Part shown: one piece after another, positions 8,640 through 19,124 of the stretch
Numbering within the stretch: the first letter of the stretch is position 1
How the letters are laid out: each line of letters starts with the position of its first letter
NCBI GenBank assembly: GCA_000388065.2
Contig: KB932219.1
Strand: one strand, 5' to 3'
Length of the DNA stretch: 20,182 nt
Source: Fonticula alba ATCC 38817
Taxonomy: Eukaryota > Protista > Nucleariida
Position numbers and translations under genes: made by a program
The notes under the pieces: model-generated
Told to the model about the DNA's origin: nothing
What the model saw: the letters and a program-made list of their open reading frames with translations, nothing else
Database searches by the model: none

Positions 8640-10490
8640 GCTCACATCCGCGCATGGTGTCCAACATGAGTTGCACCTTCGGGTGGGAGGAGCTCTTCGG
8701 CGTTCGGACAAAAGGCGAGCGCTCCGGGGCCCGGTTCTTCTTTGGCCCGCCTTTTCCCCTCCTGGCCACGTGTGCCAGCCCCATGAAACGCGGCGCAAAT
8801 TCGCCGGGAACCAAGCAGGCATTGGGGTTGGTATTGCGGTTGAAGGGAACACGGGGATGGCAGGTCGGGGCGCGGCGCTTCCGCGGGCACCAGGAGTCGG
8901 GTTGGTTCGATTTCCCTCTGCCCATCGGGCCTGCGGCTGCCGGAAGCCCAGGGTCCACCAGTCCGCTGGCGATTTTGGCGGTTCTTGCCGGCCCGGTGCG
9001 CCCGGGCGACCGGGTCCGCCGATGAAGATCCATGTTGGTCGGTTGGTGCCGGTGGAGCGGAAAGGCGCCGCGCCGGCGCAGCCAGTCAGTCGGCGGACAG
9101 GGTGGCGTTTGTCGGCAGTGGTCGCAGCCATTGGGCCTCGGCGGCGCCGACCTGACGCGACTAAACGCGGTAGGCCGTCAGCGTGCCCACGAGCCCCATG
9201 GCCGGGGTCATTCGCCGGGCCAAGTACGGAGATGTCGGCCGCTCGGATCGGTCGATGAGTGTGCTCCTCTGGCCTCCTGGAGCATGGGAGGCCAGCGGCC
9301 CCGCGGCAGTCTCGAGTGAGACCACCAGCGCGGTCGACTTCTGAATCCAGGTGGCTGCCTCTAGAAGATCACCCATGTTAGCGCAGAGTGCCGAAGCGTA
9401 CTGCAGCAGGTGGTGGAAGGTGACCTCGTGGGGGATCGGGCCCAAGTCCTCGGTCAGGGCTGGCCCCAGGAGGGCAATGGCGGAGGGGTCCGGAGAGTTT
9501 TGCAAGCCGAGCCCCAGAGTGTGGCCCAGCCGAAGCAGGTTCGGCCCCGGATGGTCCGCGCACCGCATGGCGGTGAGGACGATGTACTTGGGCAGGGAGG
9601 ATCGGCCGATGGGGTCGGACACCTGCTGGCTGCTCAGCCGAGGGTCCTGCTCGGGGTCCTTAGCCTGAACATCGGACACCTGGTTCTCAAGCGTCCCCGG
9701 GGCCTGCAGGATCTCGCCTTCAGGCTTTCCACGAAGGCAGCTGCCTGGCGGTTGACGGCGTCGGTCGACATGCCAGCGGCCTGGCCGGGACACGCTCCGC
9801 CAGACTGGTTCTCGGTGTTTGCCACGAATTCCAGGACCTTGGAATCGACAGTGGTAAGAGCATGGCCAGCTAGCTTGGGCCTGAGAGTGGATCCGACGTC
9901 CTTGCCATGGGTGGCGTCCCATTCACGGGCGCGCTCCATAACCGCCCAGGCGGCTGTCCTCCTGGGCGGTGTCCATGTGAGAGCGCAAAAGGTCCCTCTG
10001 CCCGGTGTAAGCCGGGTGCTCACGAACCACGGGACTGGTGCGCTTTCGAGTGAGGAGGGCCGGGATGGAAGAGTCCCGTAGGTGCGCGAGAAAAAAGCTC
10101 GTCTGGGCCGTGGTCTCGGCCATGCGCTGAGCCTCGGGGGAATATGTGCAGATGTGCTCACAGGTCAGGGGGGAGACTCCCGGCAAGGGCCTCGTGCTGC
10201 TGGTGTCGGCCAGCGACAAAGTAGAGGACGAGGCGATGCCGGGCAGCGTCCAGCCGGGTCGGGGTCTTCGATGATGTCCTTGCCCGTCGTGCGAAGTGGA
10301 GACCCCTCGCACAACATGACGCGGACCAGTAGCTGGATGGATTCTTGGATGGCCTGGACAGGAATGCAGACGAGGAAGATGGGAACAGGAAAGCCCATCG
10401 GGGTCTGATGGCGATCCCAAGCGGGCGCCGCGCGTGGCGGTGCCTGACTTTCGGGTGGTTTTTGCACCGGGAAGGTGGGGCCAAGACCCC
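8640..10490 (-). pseudogene. gag: gag-like region with degenerate CCHC zinc knuckle
   Basis: CNSC (frame 8475..9131) and GHHARM-stop (frame 8642..8890) together give a frameshifted Cx2C..GHx4C with the last Cys codon changed to TGA, at ~8642-8675. The rest is assigned only by its position between PBS and PR. The upper boundary is approximate. Confidence 0.5.
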
Positions 10491-10573
10491 CGATCAAGGA
10501 CATGTTCACTGGTGGTTGGCGCGCACGTGCAGTCGACGGGGAAAGGCGAAGAGGTCTGGGCTGGGAGGCGCAA

Positions 10574-10583
10574 GGGGCCTCCA
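10574..10583 (-). promoter_or_regulatory. Putative primer-binding site (TGGAGGCCCC)
   Basis: It starts 1 nt after the LTR end ...CCTAACA. It is complementary to a tRNA 3' end ...GGGGCCUCCA, which I recall for eukaryotic tRNA-Thr(UGU). The match is only 10 nt. Confidence 0.55.
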
Positions 10584-10584
10584 T

Positions 10585-10824
10585 TGTTAGGCGTTTTCAC
10601 AGACTTTCGGAGGGTGTTGAAAGGGTTCGGCAAAGGGCGTGCTGGAGGAGAACAAAGAATTGCATTGAATGGGGGGTCCGCCGAAAGTGCCTCACCCTTT
10701 GCATGATGCCTGCACAGTCGGGCCGCTTGGACCAAGTTGATGCCCCGGCAGCCGCGTGGGCATAGCGCGGCCCTCAGATGGTCCACGCGCGCAGATGCGG
10801 GGGTTCCGGGCAGGGCTCGTTACA
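10585..10824 (-). repeat. 5' LTR (240 bp, TGTAAC...CCTAACA on minus)
   Basis: TG...CA termini, 93% identity to 5005-5220, and a TGG-initiated PBS immediately downstream. Confidence 0.9.
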
Positions 10825-10868
10825 GGTGTGGACGCGGGCACGCACGCCGCCGGCACGGCAGCACGTGC

Positions 10869-10906
10869 GGCTATGGTTATGGTTATGGAAACGTGGACAC
10901 ATAACC
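10869..10906 (+). repeat. Short GGTTAT tract near the 5' LTR flank, with a small hairpin
   Basis: ggctatggttatggttatgg. ggttatg (10881-10887) is the reverse complement of cataacc (10900-10906). Confidence 0.6.
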
Positions 10907-11321
10907 GGCGGGGTGTGGGCGCGCCGACGCGGGCGGGCAAGTAGTCGCCCGAGCAGACGGCGTCGAGCGGCCCTGGGTGGTGGCGAGAAAAAAAAAAGAA
11001 AGAGTGCACGAGACTCCGGGGTCCCGCCCGCGCCGCCCGGCCGGAAGCCGATGGAATTCCGATGCGACCAGCGTACCCCTTGCCGGGACCGTGTCAGGCA
11101 GGGGCCTTGTCTCGGAGGGGGCCCTCCAAGCACGATGTGGCTCTTTTGTCCGCCGGCCCGGGGGTGACCGGGAGTGCCGAGAGCGTGTGCTGGCGCAGTC
11201 GTGCGGACCGTCACTCCGGAGAAGAGACTCGGTGCGTTGTGTGCCTCTACCATAACTAGTTGGCATGGGGATACGAGTACCACGGTGTTGCGGACGTACG
11301 TACGAATGCGCGGAGGACGGG

Positions 11322-11456
11322 GAGCGGAAGAGGAAGGGAGAGAAAGAGAGAAAAAAAGAAAAAAGAATTAATAAAGAAAAATAAAGGATAAGAGAAAGAA
11401 TTTAATAAATAAATAAAGTAAAAAAAAGAAAGAAAGAAAGGAAGAGAGAAACAACA
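11322..11456 (+). repeat. A/G-rich low-complexity tract (GAAA/AATA)
   Basis: Read directly. It gives the F/S/L-rich translation on the minus strand. Confidence 0.85.
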
Positions 11457-11599
11457 CGGGGGGGGGGTGAACAGGCAGCGGGCCGCACGTAGGGCCCTCC
11501 GGGCGGCCGAGAGCGCCGCGAGCGGCATTATATCATGACCTCCTCGTGATGGACATCCGATACGTTGGTAGTCCCAACGGTTATGTGCTTCGGCCAAGG

Positions 11600-11765
11600 C
11601 TGCGGTCCTCGCTCCTCTCGGCGGCATTTGGAATATGTTTTGAGGCAGTGGGGCATCGTACATTTGTCTTCATGGAATTTTAGCTTGATGCTGAATTGAC
11701 GGAGGGATCCGTGGGCCAAAGCCGGACTTGATGTTGCGGCCCAAAGACATTATCGATAACTGGTT
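11600..11765 (-). pseudogene. Possible sirtuin central fragment (xID...AHGS...CxxxxC)
   Basis: Minus-strand CAG-TT-ATC-GAT-AAT (a Q-x-IDN relic of TQNID; ATCGAT at 11752-11757). About 13 codons and one frameshift later come AHGSL (11702-11716) and KCTMPHCLKTYS (11645-11662), similar to sirtuin AHGxF...CxxxxCxKxY. The HG-to-Cys spacing is ~9 aa too long. Confidence 0.4.
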
Positions 11766-11948
11766 ATGGTTAAGGACAAGGCACGGCACCAGGCGGCCGC
11801 CGGGTTGTCGTCCCCCAGTTATGGCGTCGGTTACGACCACTGCCATGGTTATGGTTATCTGGTGCTACAGGCCGATCTGGAGACAGGCGATCGGAGCTGC
11901 ATCTGCCTTGTGGTCACGGTCACCGTGTCGTGGTTATTGCGGTTGTAG
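11761..11948 (+). repeat. Dispersed GGTTAT/GGTTGT motifs before the first gap
   Basis: tggttatggtt, gttatgg, ggttatggttat and ggttattgcggttgtag, read directly. Confidence 0.55.
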
Positions 11949-12087
11949 NNNNNNNNNNNNNNNNNNNNNNNNNNNNNNNNNNNNNNNNNNNNNNNNNNNN
12001 NNNNNNNNNNNNNNNNNNNNNNNNNNNNNNNNNNNNNNNNNNNNNNNNNNNNNNNNNNNNNNNNNNNNNNNNNNNNNNNNNNNNNNN
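11949..12087. other. Assembly gap (N). Other gaps: 12604-12613, 15814-16338, 17097-17106, 18199-18703
   Basis: N runs read directly. Two of the gaps end at poly-C tracts. Confidence 0.99.
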
Positions 12088-12362
12088 CCCCCCGCCTGGT
12101 TCCGCTCCCCCCGTATCCTTTTGAAACAGCGCGGTGGTACCCGCGGCCTACACCGCCTCTTCAGTCCACTCCGTTCCCTCTCCTCCTTCCCTTCCTCCTC
12201 CCTTGTACCCCCTTCCCCCCCTGTGCCCCCTTCCCGTCGGCCACCCAGTGCCATCATATACTCGGTATGTCACTCACTCGGCCGGCCGCCTGCTCCCCCA
12301 GTCAGTCGCTCACTAACCCTCCTCGTCTGTGCTCTCCCCATCCTACATTCAGCCCCGCCATT

Positions 12363-12503
12363 CGACCAGTCGCGTTGCTGGATTTCGTTGCTGGACTAGT
12401 CGCGTTGCTGGACTAGTCGCGTTGCTGGACTAGTCGCGTTGCTGGACTAGTCGCGTTGCTGGACTAGTCGCGTTGCTCGACCAGTCGCGTTGCTCGACCA
12501 GTC
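12363..12503 (+). repeat. 17-bp tandem minisatellite (GGACTAGTCGCGTTGCT), ~8 units
   Basis: Five perfect units start at 12393, 12410, 12427, 12444 and 12461. CGACCAGTCGCGTTGCT variants flank them (12363, 12478, partial at 12495), and there is one 13-bp deleted unit. Confidence 0.95.
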
Positions 12504-15500
12504 TCGCCATGCCCGGCGTCGTCACCCACCCAGCCTCGTTGCACACGGTGTCGCTACACACAATGCCGTCACCCACCTAACGTCGCTGCGCCCACCGTCG
12601 CCANNNNNNNNNNATGCCCGGCGTCGTCACCCACCCAGCCTCGTTGCACACGGTGTCGCTACACACAATGCCGTCACCCACCTAACGTCGCTGCGCCCAC
12701 CGTCGCCACACCCAGCGTCGTCCCCCATAACCGGACTCGTTGCGTGCCCAACGTCGCGACCCGTCCAGTCTCGTCGCGCCGGACGCCGTCGCCCAGCCAG
12801 TGGCATTGCGCCCAGCGTGTTGCTACGCCCGGCGTCGTCGCCCACCCAGTGTCGTTGCGCCCGGCGCGCCATCGCCGCCCTGGCATCGTTGTGCCCAACG
12901 TCGTTACACCCGGCGTCGTCGCCCGCCTGGTGTCGTTATGCCCGGTTGTTATGGCCATGCCCCTACGTCGTTGCACCTGGCGCCGTCACCCGCCCAGCGT
13001 GTCGTTACGTCCGGCGTCGTCGCCCGCCCAGCGTGGTCATGCACCTGGCGTCGTCGCCCGCCCAGCGTGTCGTCATGCATCTGGCGTCGTTGTCCACTCG
13101 GTGTCGCTGTGCCCGCCCATGGTCGTCGCCCGTCCAGTGTCGCGACCTGCCTGGCGTCGTGGCCCCTGGTGTCGTTGCGTCCATCGTCGTCACCCATCCA
13201 GTGTCGTCGCACCCATCGTCGTCACCCGCCCAGTCTCGCTGCGCCCGGTCTCACTGCGCCCGGTCTCACTGCGCCCGGTCTCACTGCGCCCAATCTCGTC
13301 GTGCCCGGCGCTGTCACCCGCCCATCGACGTTGTCCGCCCAGTGTCCGGTTATGCCTGGCATCATGGCCCGCCTAACGCCATTATGCCCGGCGTCGTCAT
13401 GCTCAATGTCATCGCACCCGGCATCGTGGCCCGACCAATGTCGTTGCGCCCGGCATCGTGGCCCGTCCAGCATCGTTGTTCCCAGCCTCGCTGCGTCGAT
13501 CGTCGCCACCCACCCGGCGCCGTGGCCCGCCCGGGCTTTCGCTCGACTGGCATCGCTGCGCCCAGTGTCGCCACTCGCTCAATCTGACTGCACCCAGGGA
13601 CGCCATCCACTCGGTGTCGTCATGCCCGGCGTCGTGGCCCGCCCAGTGACACTGCGCCCGGCGTCGTGACCCGCCCAGTGACACTGCGCCCAGTGTCATG
13701 GCCCGCCCAGTGACACTGCGCCCAGTGTCGTGGCCCGCCCAACGACATTGCGCCCAGTGCCGTGGCTCGCCCAACGTCGTTTTCTCCCCGGTCTGCTTGT
13801 CCGACGGGTGTCGCCGCGACCCACCCAGGCCCATTGCACCTGGCGTCGTGACCCATGGCCGGTCCCGTTGCTCGGCCGGCGCTGTAACCCATCCAGTCCG
13901 ATTGCTCGACTGGCGGGGCCACCACCCGCCCAGCGTCGCTCCCCACCCAGTCGCATTGGCCGATTGGCGGCGTGCCCCCCCCCCCCCCCTGGCGTTGCTA
14001 TGCCCATCGTCGCCATCCGCCCAGCCTCGGTGCACCCATCGTCGTGGCCCGCCCATCGTCGCGAGACCTGCCCGGCGCCATTGCCGGGCCAATTCCACTG
14101 CTCGACTGGCGTCGTGGCCCGCCCATCGTCGTGACCCGGCTGGCGCCGCTGGTCGCCCGGTCTCGCTGCGCGTCTGCCCCCCTGTCGCACGGCTAGTCTC
14201 GCTACCCACCTAGTGTGTGTGTGTGTGTGATGACCCACCCGGCGTGGTCGGCCGCACAATCCGGCTATGGCCATGCCCATCGTCGTTTTGTCGGCCCGGG
14301 GTCTCGTTGCCCGCCTGCCCGGCGTCGTGGCCCGTCCGACCGGTTATTATGCCTGGCGTCGTCACGCCCGGCGTTGTGGCCTGCCCAGTGTCATTACGCC
14401 GGGCGGCCGTGGCCCGCCCATCGTCGTTGTCCGCCCGGTCTGATTGCTTGACTCGTGCTCATTGCGCCCACCCGGTCTGATTGCACCTAGCGTCGCGACC
14501 TGCCCATCGCCGTGGCCCGCCCGGTCTCGTTGCCCAACCAGCGCCGCGACCCACCCCCGGGATCACTGCGCCCGGTGTCGTTGTCCACCCGGCCCCCGAT
14601 TGCTCAACGGGCGGCGTCACCACCCACCCAGCGCCGTTCCCCGCCCAGTCGCATTGTCTGATTGGCGTCGTGGGCCGCCCGGTGTCGCGCTACACCTGGC
14701 CGGCTATGGCCCGCCCAGTGTTGCTACGCCCGGCGCCGCCACTCGCCCGGTCTCATTGGATCCAGCGCCGTCGGCCGCTCGGCGTCGTGGCCCGCCTGGT
14801 TCCGTCGCCCGGCTGGCGTCGCCACCCGTCCGGTCTCGCTGCTCGGCCAGTGCCATGACCCACCCGGTTTCGCTGTGCGCAGCGTCGCCGCCCGGCTGGT
14901 GTCGTCGTGCCTGGCGTCGCCATGTCCGGCGTCCTGGCCCATCCAGTGCTGTTTCGCCCGGCGTCGCTACGCCCAGTGCCGTCGCTCGCCCGGTGTTGCT
15001 ACGCCCGGTACCATCACTCGCCCGGTGTTGCTACGCTCGGCTTCCTGACCCACCCAGTGTCGCTACGTACGGTGCCGTCACCCGCCCAGTGTCGCTACGT
15101 ACGGTGCCGTCACCCGCCCAGTGCTGCTTCGCCCGGCGTCCTGGTCCGTCCGGTGTCGCTACGCCCAGTGTCGTCGCTCGCCCAGCGTTGCTACGCCTGG
15201 GGTCCCCACTCGCCCGTTGTTGCTATGCCCGGCATCGTCACCCGCCCGGCGCTGCTACGCCCAGTGTCCTGGCCCGGCCAGTGTTGCTATATGTCCAGTG
15301 TTGTTGCGCCCGGTGCCGTCGCTACGCTCGGCGTCGTCATCCGCCTGGTATTACTACGCCCGGCGTCCTGATCCGCCCGGCGTCACTACGCCCAGTGCCG
15401 TCGCTCGCCCAGTGCTGCTTCGCCCAGTGCCGTCACCCGCCCGGTGTTGCTACGCCCGGTGCCGTCACCCACCCAGTGTTGTTGCGCCCGGTGCCGTCAC

Positions 15501-18500
15501 TCGCCCGGCGTCGCTACGCTCGGCGTCGTCACCCGCCTGGTATTACCACGCCTGGCGTCCTGACCCACCCGGCGTCACTACGCCCAGTGCCGTCACCCAC
15601 CCAGTGCTGCTATGCCTGGAGTCCCCACCCATCCAGTGTTGCTTCGCCCGGCGTCGTGGCCCACCCAGTGTTACTACGCCCGGCGTCGTGGTCCACCCAA
15701 TGTTGCTACGCCAGGCGCCCTGGCCCGCCTGGGATTGCTACGCCCAGTGTTGCTTTGCCCAGTGCCGCCACCCGCCCGGTGTTGCTTCGCCTGGCCTTCT
15801 GACCCGCCCGGCGNNNNNNNNNNNNNNNNNNNNNNNNNNNNNNNNNNNNNNNNNNNNNNNNNNNNNNNNNNNNNNNNNNNNNNNNNNNNNNNNNNNNNNN
15901 NNNNNNNNNNNNNNNNNNNNNNNNNNNNNNNNNNNNNNNNNNNNNNNNNNNNNNNNNNNNNNNNNNNNNNNNNNNNNNNNNNNNNNNNNNNNNNNNNNNN
16001 NNNNNNNNNNNNNNNNNNNNNNNNNNNNNNNNNNNNNNNNNNNNNNNNNNNNNNNNNNNNNNNNNNNNNNNNNNNNNNNNNNNNNNNNNNNNNNNNNNNN
16101 NNNNNNNNNNNNNNNNNNNNNNNNNNNNNNNNNNNNNNNNNNNNNNNNNNNNNNNNNNNNNNNNNNNNNNNNNNNNNNNNNNNNNNNNNNNNNNNNNNNN
16201 NNNNNNNNNNNNNNNNNNNNNNNNNNNNNNNNNNNNNNNNNNNNNNNNNNNNNNNNNNNNNNNNNNNNNNNNNNNNNNNNNNNNNNNNNNNNNNNNNNNN
16301 NNNNNNNNNNNNNNNNNNNNNNNNNNNNNNNNNNNNNNTTGCTACGCCCAGTGTCCTGGCCCGGCCGGTGTTGCCAAGATGCCCAGTGTTGCTACGCCCA
16401 GTGCCGTCACTCGCCCGGTGTTGCTGCGCCCGGCGTCCTGACCCGCCCGGCGTCGCTACGCCTTGCGTCCTGGCCCGCTCAGTGTTACTACGCCCGGAGT
16501 CCCCACCCACCCAGTGTTGCTACGCCCGGCGCCGTCACACTCGCTCGGTGTTGCCACGCCCGGCGCTGTCACCCACTCAGTGTTGTTGCGCCCGTGTCCT
16601 GGCCCACTCAGTGTTGCTACACCTGGAGTCCCCACCCATATATGGTGTTGCTACGCCCGGAATCCCCACTCGCCTGGGGTTGCTACGCCCAGTGTCCTGG
16701 CCCGGCCAGTGTTGCCAAGATGCCCAGTGTTGCTACGCCCGGTGCCGTCACTCGCTCGGTGTTGCCACGCCCGGCGTCCTGGCCCGCCCGGTGTTGCTAC
16801 GCCCGGTGCCGTCACCCACTCAGTGTTGCTGCGCCCAGTGTCCTGGCCCGCTCAGTGTTGCTGCGCCTGGAGTCCCCACCCGCCCGGCGTCGCTACGCTT
16901 GGGGAGTCCCCACCCGCCCAGTGTCGCTGCGTCCAGTGCCGTCGCCCACCCGGTGTTACTACGCCCGGCGCCCTGGCCCGCCTGGGGTTGCTACGCCTGG
17001 GGTCCCCGCCCGCCCAATCCCATCACTCGCCCGGCGTTGCTACGCCCGGTGTCCTGGTCCGTCCGGTGTCGCTACGCCCAGTGCCGTCACCCGCCCNNNN
17101 NNNNNNGTCCCCGCCCGCCCAATCCCATCACTCGCCCGGCGTTGCTACGCCCGGTGTCCTGGTCCGTCCGGTGTCGCTACGCCCAGTGCCGTCACCCGCC
17201 CAGTGTTGCTACGCCTGGAGTCCCCACTCGCCCGGTGTTGCTATGCCCGGCATCGTCACCCGCCCGGTGCTGCTGCGCCTGGAGTCCCCGCCCGCCCAGT
17301 CTCATCACTCGCCCGGTGTTACTACGCCCGGCATCCCCGCCCACCCAGTGTTGCTACGCCCGGCATCGTCACCCGCCCGGTGTTATTACGCCTGGAGTCG
17401 CCACCCATCTAGTGTTGCTACGCCCGGCGCCATGGCCCACCCGGTGTTGCTTCGCCCGGCACCCTGACCCACCCAGTGTTGCTGCGCCTGGAGTCCCCGC
17501 CCGCCCGGTCTCATCACTCGCCCGGCGTCGCTACGCCCGGCGCCCTGGCCCGCCTTGGGTTGCTACGCCCGGCGCCCTGGCCCGCCTTGGGTTGCTACGC
17601 CCGGCCTTATCACCCGCCCAGTGTTGCTTCGCCCAGTCTCATCACTCGCCCGGTGTTGCCATGCCCAGTGTCTTGACCCACCCGGCGTCGTTACGCCCGG
17701 CGTCCCCACACGCCCGGTGTTGCTACGCCCAGTGTCCCCACCCACCCGGTGTTGCTACGCCCGAAGTCCCCGCTCGCCCGGTGTTGCTACGCCTGGAGTC
17801 CCCATACGCCCAGTCTCATCACTCGACTGGCATCGCGAGCCAGCCAATCTCGCTGGCCCGGCCATCGTCGTCGCCCATCTAGTGTCGTCACGCCCGGCGT
17901 CGTGGCCTGTCTGGCTCCGCTGTCCGACTGGCGTCTCGCCACGCGCTCATCGCCGGTGTCCGCCCTGTCCGGTCGCTCGACTGGCGCCGTTGCCCGCCCG
18001 GCATCGTCGCCCATAGTCGGTCTCGTTGCACCCAGCGTCCCCGCCCGCCCGGTCCCATCACTCGACTGGCATCGCGAGCCAGCCAGTATTGCCACGCCTG
18101 GCGTCCCCACCCATCTAGTGTCGTTGCGCCAGGCGCCGTTGCCCGCCCGGCGTCGGCACGCACCCAGTCTGATTGCTTGGCCAGTGGCATCATCCGCCNN
18201 NNNNNNNNNNNNNNNNNNNNNNNNNNNNNNNNNNNNNNNNNNNNNNNNNNNNNNNNNNNNNNNNNNNNNNNNNNNNNNNNNNNNNNNNNNNNNNNNNNNN
18301 NNNNNNNNNNNNNNNNNNNNNNNNNNNNNNNNNNNNNNNNNNNNNNNNNNNNNNNNNNNNNNNNNNNNNNNNNNNNNNNNNNNNNNNNNNNNNNNNNNNN
18401 NNNNNNNNNNNNNNNNNNNNNNNNNNNNNNNNNNNNNNNNNNNNNNNNNNNNNNNNNNNNNNNNNNNNNNNNNNNNNNNNNNNNNNNNNNNNNNNNNNNN

Positions 18501-19124
18501 NNNNNNNNNNNNNNNNNNNNNNNNNNNNNNNNNNNNNNNNNNNNNNNNNNNNNNNNNNNNNNNNNNNNNNNNNNNNNNNNNNNNNNNNNNNNNNNNNNNN
18601 NNNNNNNNNNNNNNNNNNNNNNNNNNNNNNNNNNNNNNNNNNNNNNNNNNNNNNNNNNNNNNNNNNNNNNNNNNNNNNNNNNNNNNNNNNNNNNNNNNNN
18701 NNNCCCCCCCCCCCCCCTTGCTCTCGACTGGCGCCGTGCTCCGCTCGGTGTCATTGGTCACCCGGTGCCGCTGCGCCCATCGTCGTGACCCCGGCGCCCA
18801 GTCCCCGGGGCTATGGGGTGTGCTGTGCCCATCGTCGTTACGCCCGCCTGCTCCCGTCGCTCGCCGGCTGGTGTCTCGCCATATACCCACCCGGGGTCGT
18901 GTCACGCCCCCGGTGCCGCCTCGCCCATCCCACGTCGCTACGCCCACTCGGCCGGATTGCCCGGCCGGCGTCGCGAGACCGGCCCAGTCCCCCGGTGCAC
19001 ACCCGCCTGGTGCTATGACCTGCCCCCCCAGGCTCGCTGGTCGACCGGCGTCGATGTACACCCAGCGCTGCTGGCCGCCCAGTCGGATGATTCGACTGGC
19101 GTCGTCGTCGTCCACTCGGTCTGA
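12504..19124 (+). repeat. CpG-rich complex satellite; 32-bp unit = 15-bp A (GYGTTGCTACGCCCR) + 17-bp B (variable)
   Basis: Consecutive 32-mers at ~15446-15670, e.g. gtgttgctacgcccg+gtgccgtcacccaccca, then gtgttgttgcgcccg+gtgccgtcactcgcccg. It is most regular at ~14900-17800 and degenerate at both edges. An A-type 15-mer occurs four times in tandem at 13233-13292. Confidence 0.92.

Larger units (their letters stand above)
5005..10824 (-). mobile_element. Decayed Ty3/Gypsy LTR retrotransposon (~5.8 kb)
   Basis: Two LTRs, a PBS, a PPT and domain order gag(zinc knuckle)-PR-RT-RNaseH-IN, which is diagnostic of Ty3/Gypsy. All coding domains are frameshifted. Confidence 0.92.

Noticed and set aside
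5336-10081. Numerous plus-strand ORFs of 100-270 aa
   Set aside because: They are antisense shadows of GC-rich gag-pol with no recognisable motifs.
5007-10829. Apparent TSD ACACC/ACGCC if the LTR ended at ...TTCA
   Set aside because: The same ACACCCTCC follows TTCA inside the 5' LTR, so it is LTR sequence rather than target duplication.
11528-11719. C2H2 zinc finger reading of KCTMPHCLKTYS
   Set aside because: There are no His residues at the required x12-H-x3-5-H spacing. The upstream IDN/AHGS motifs fit a sirtuin relic better, though that call is also tentative.
12509-12708. Exact 95-bp duplication around a 10-N gap (also 17002-17096 / 17107-17201)
   Set aside because: Both duplications are identical, exactly 95 bp long, and flank 10-N placeholders. 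This points to an assembler contig-overlap artefact rather than biology.
14900-17800. CRISPR-like look of a constant 15-mer plus a variable 17-mer
   Set aside because: The variable units are recurring point-mutation relatives of one another rather than unique spacers. The lengths are too short, the context is eukaryotic, and there are no cas genes.
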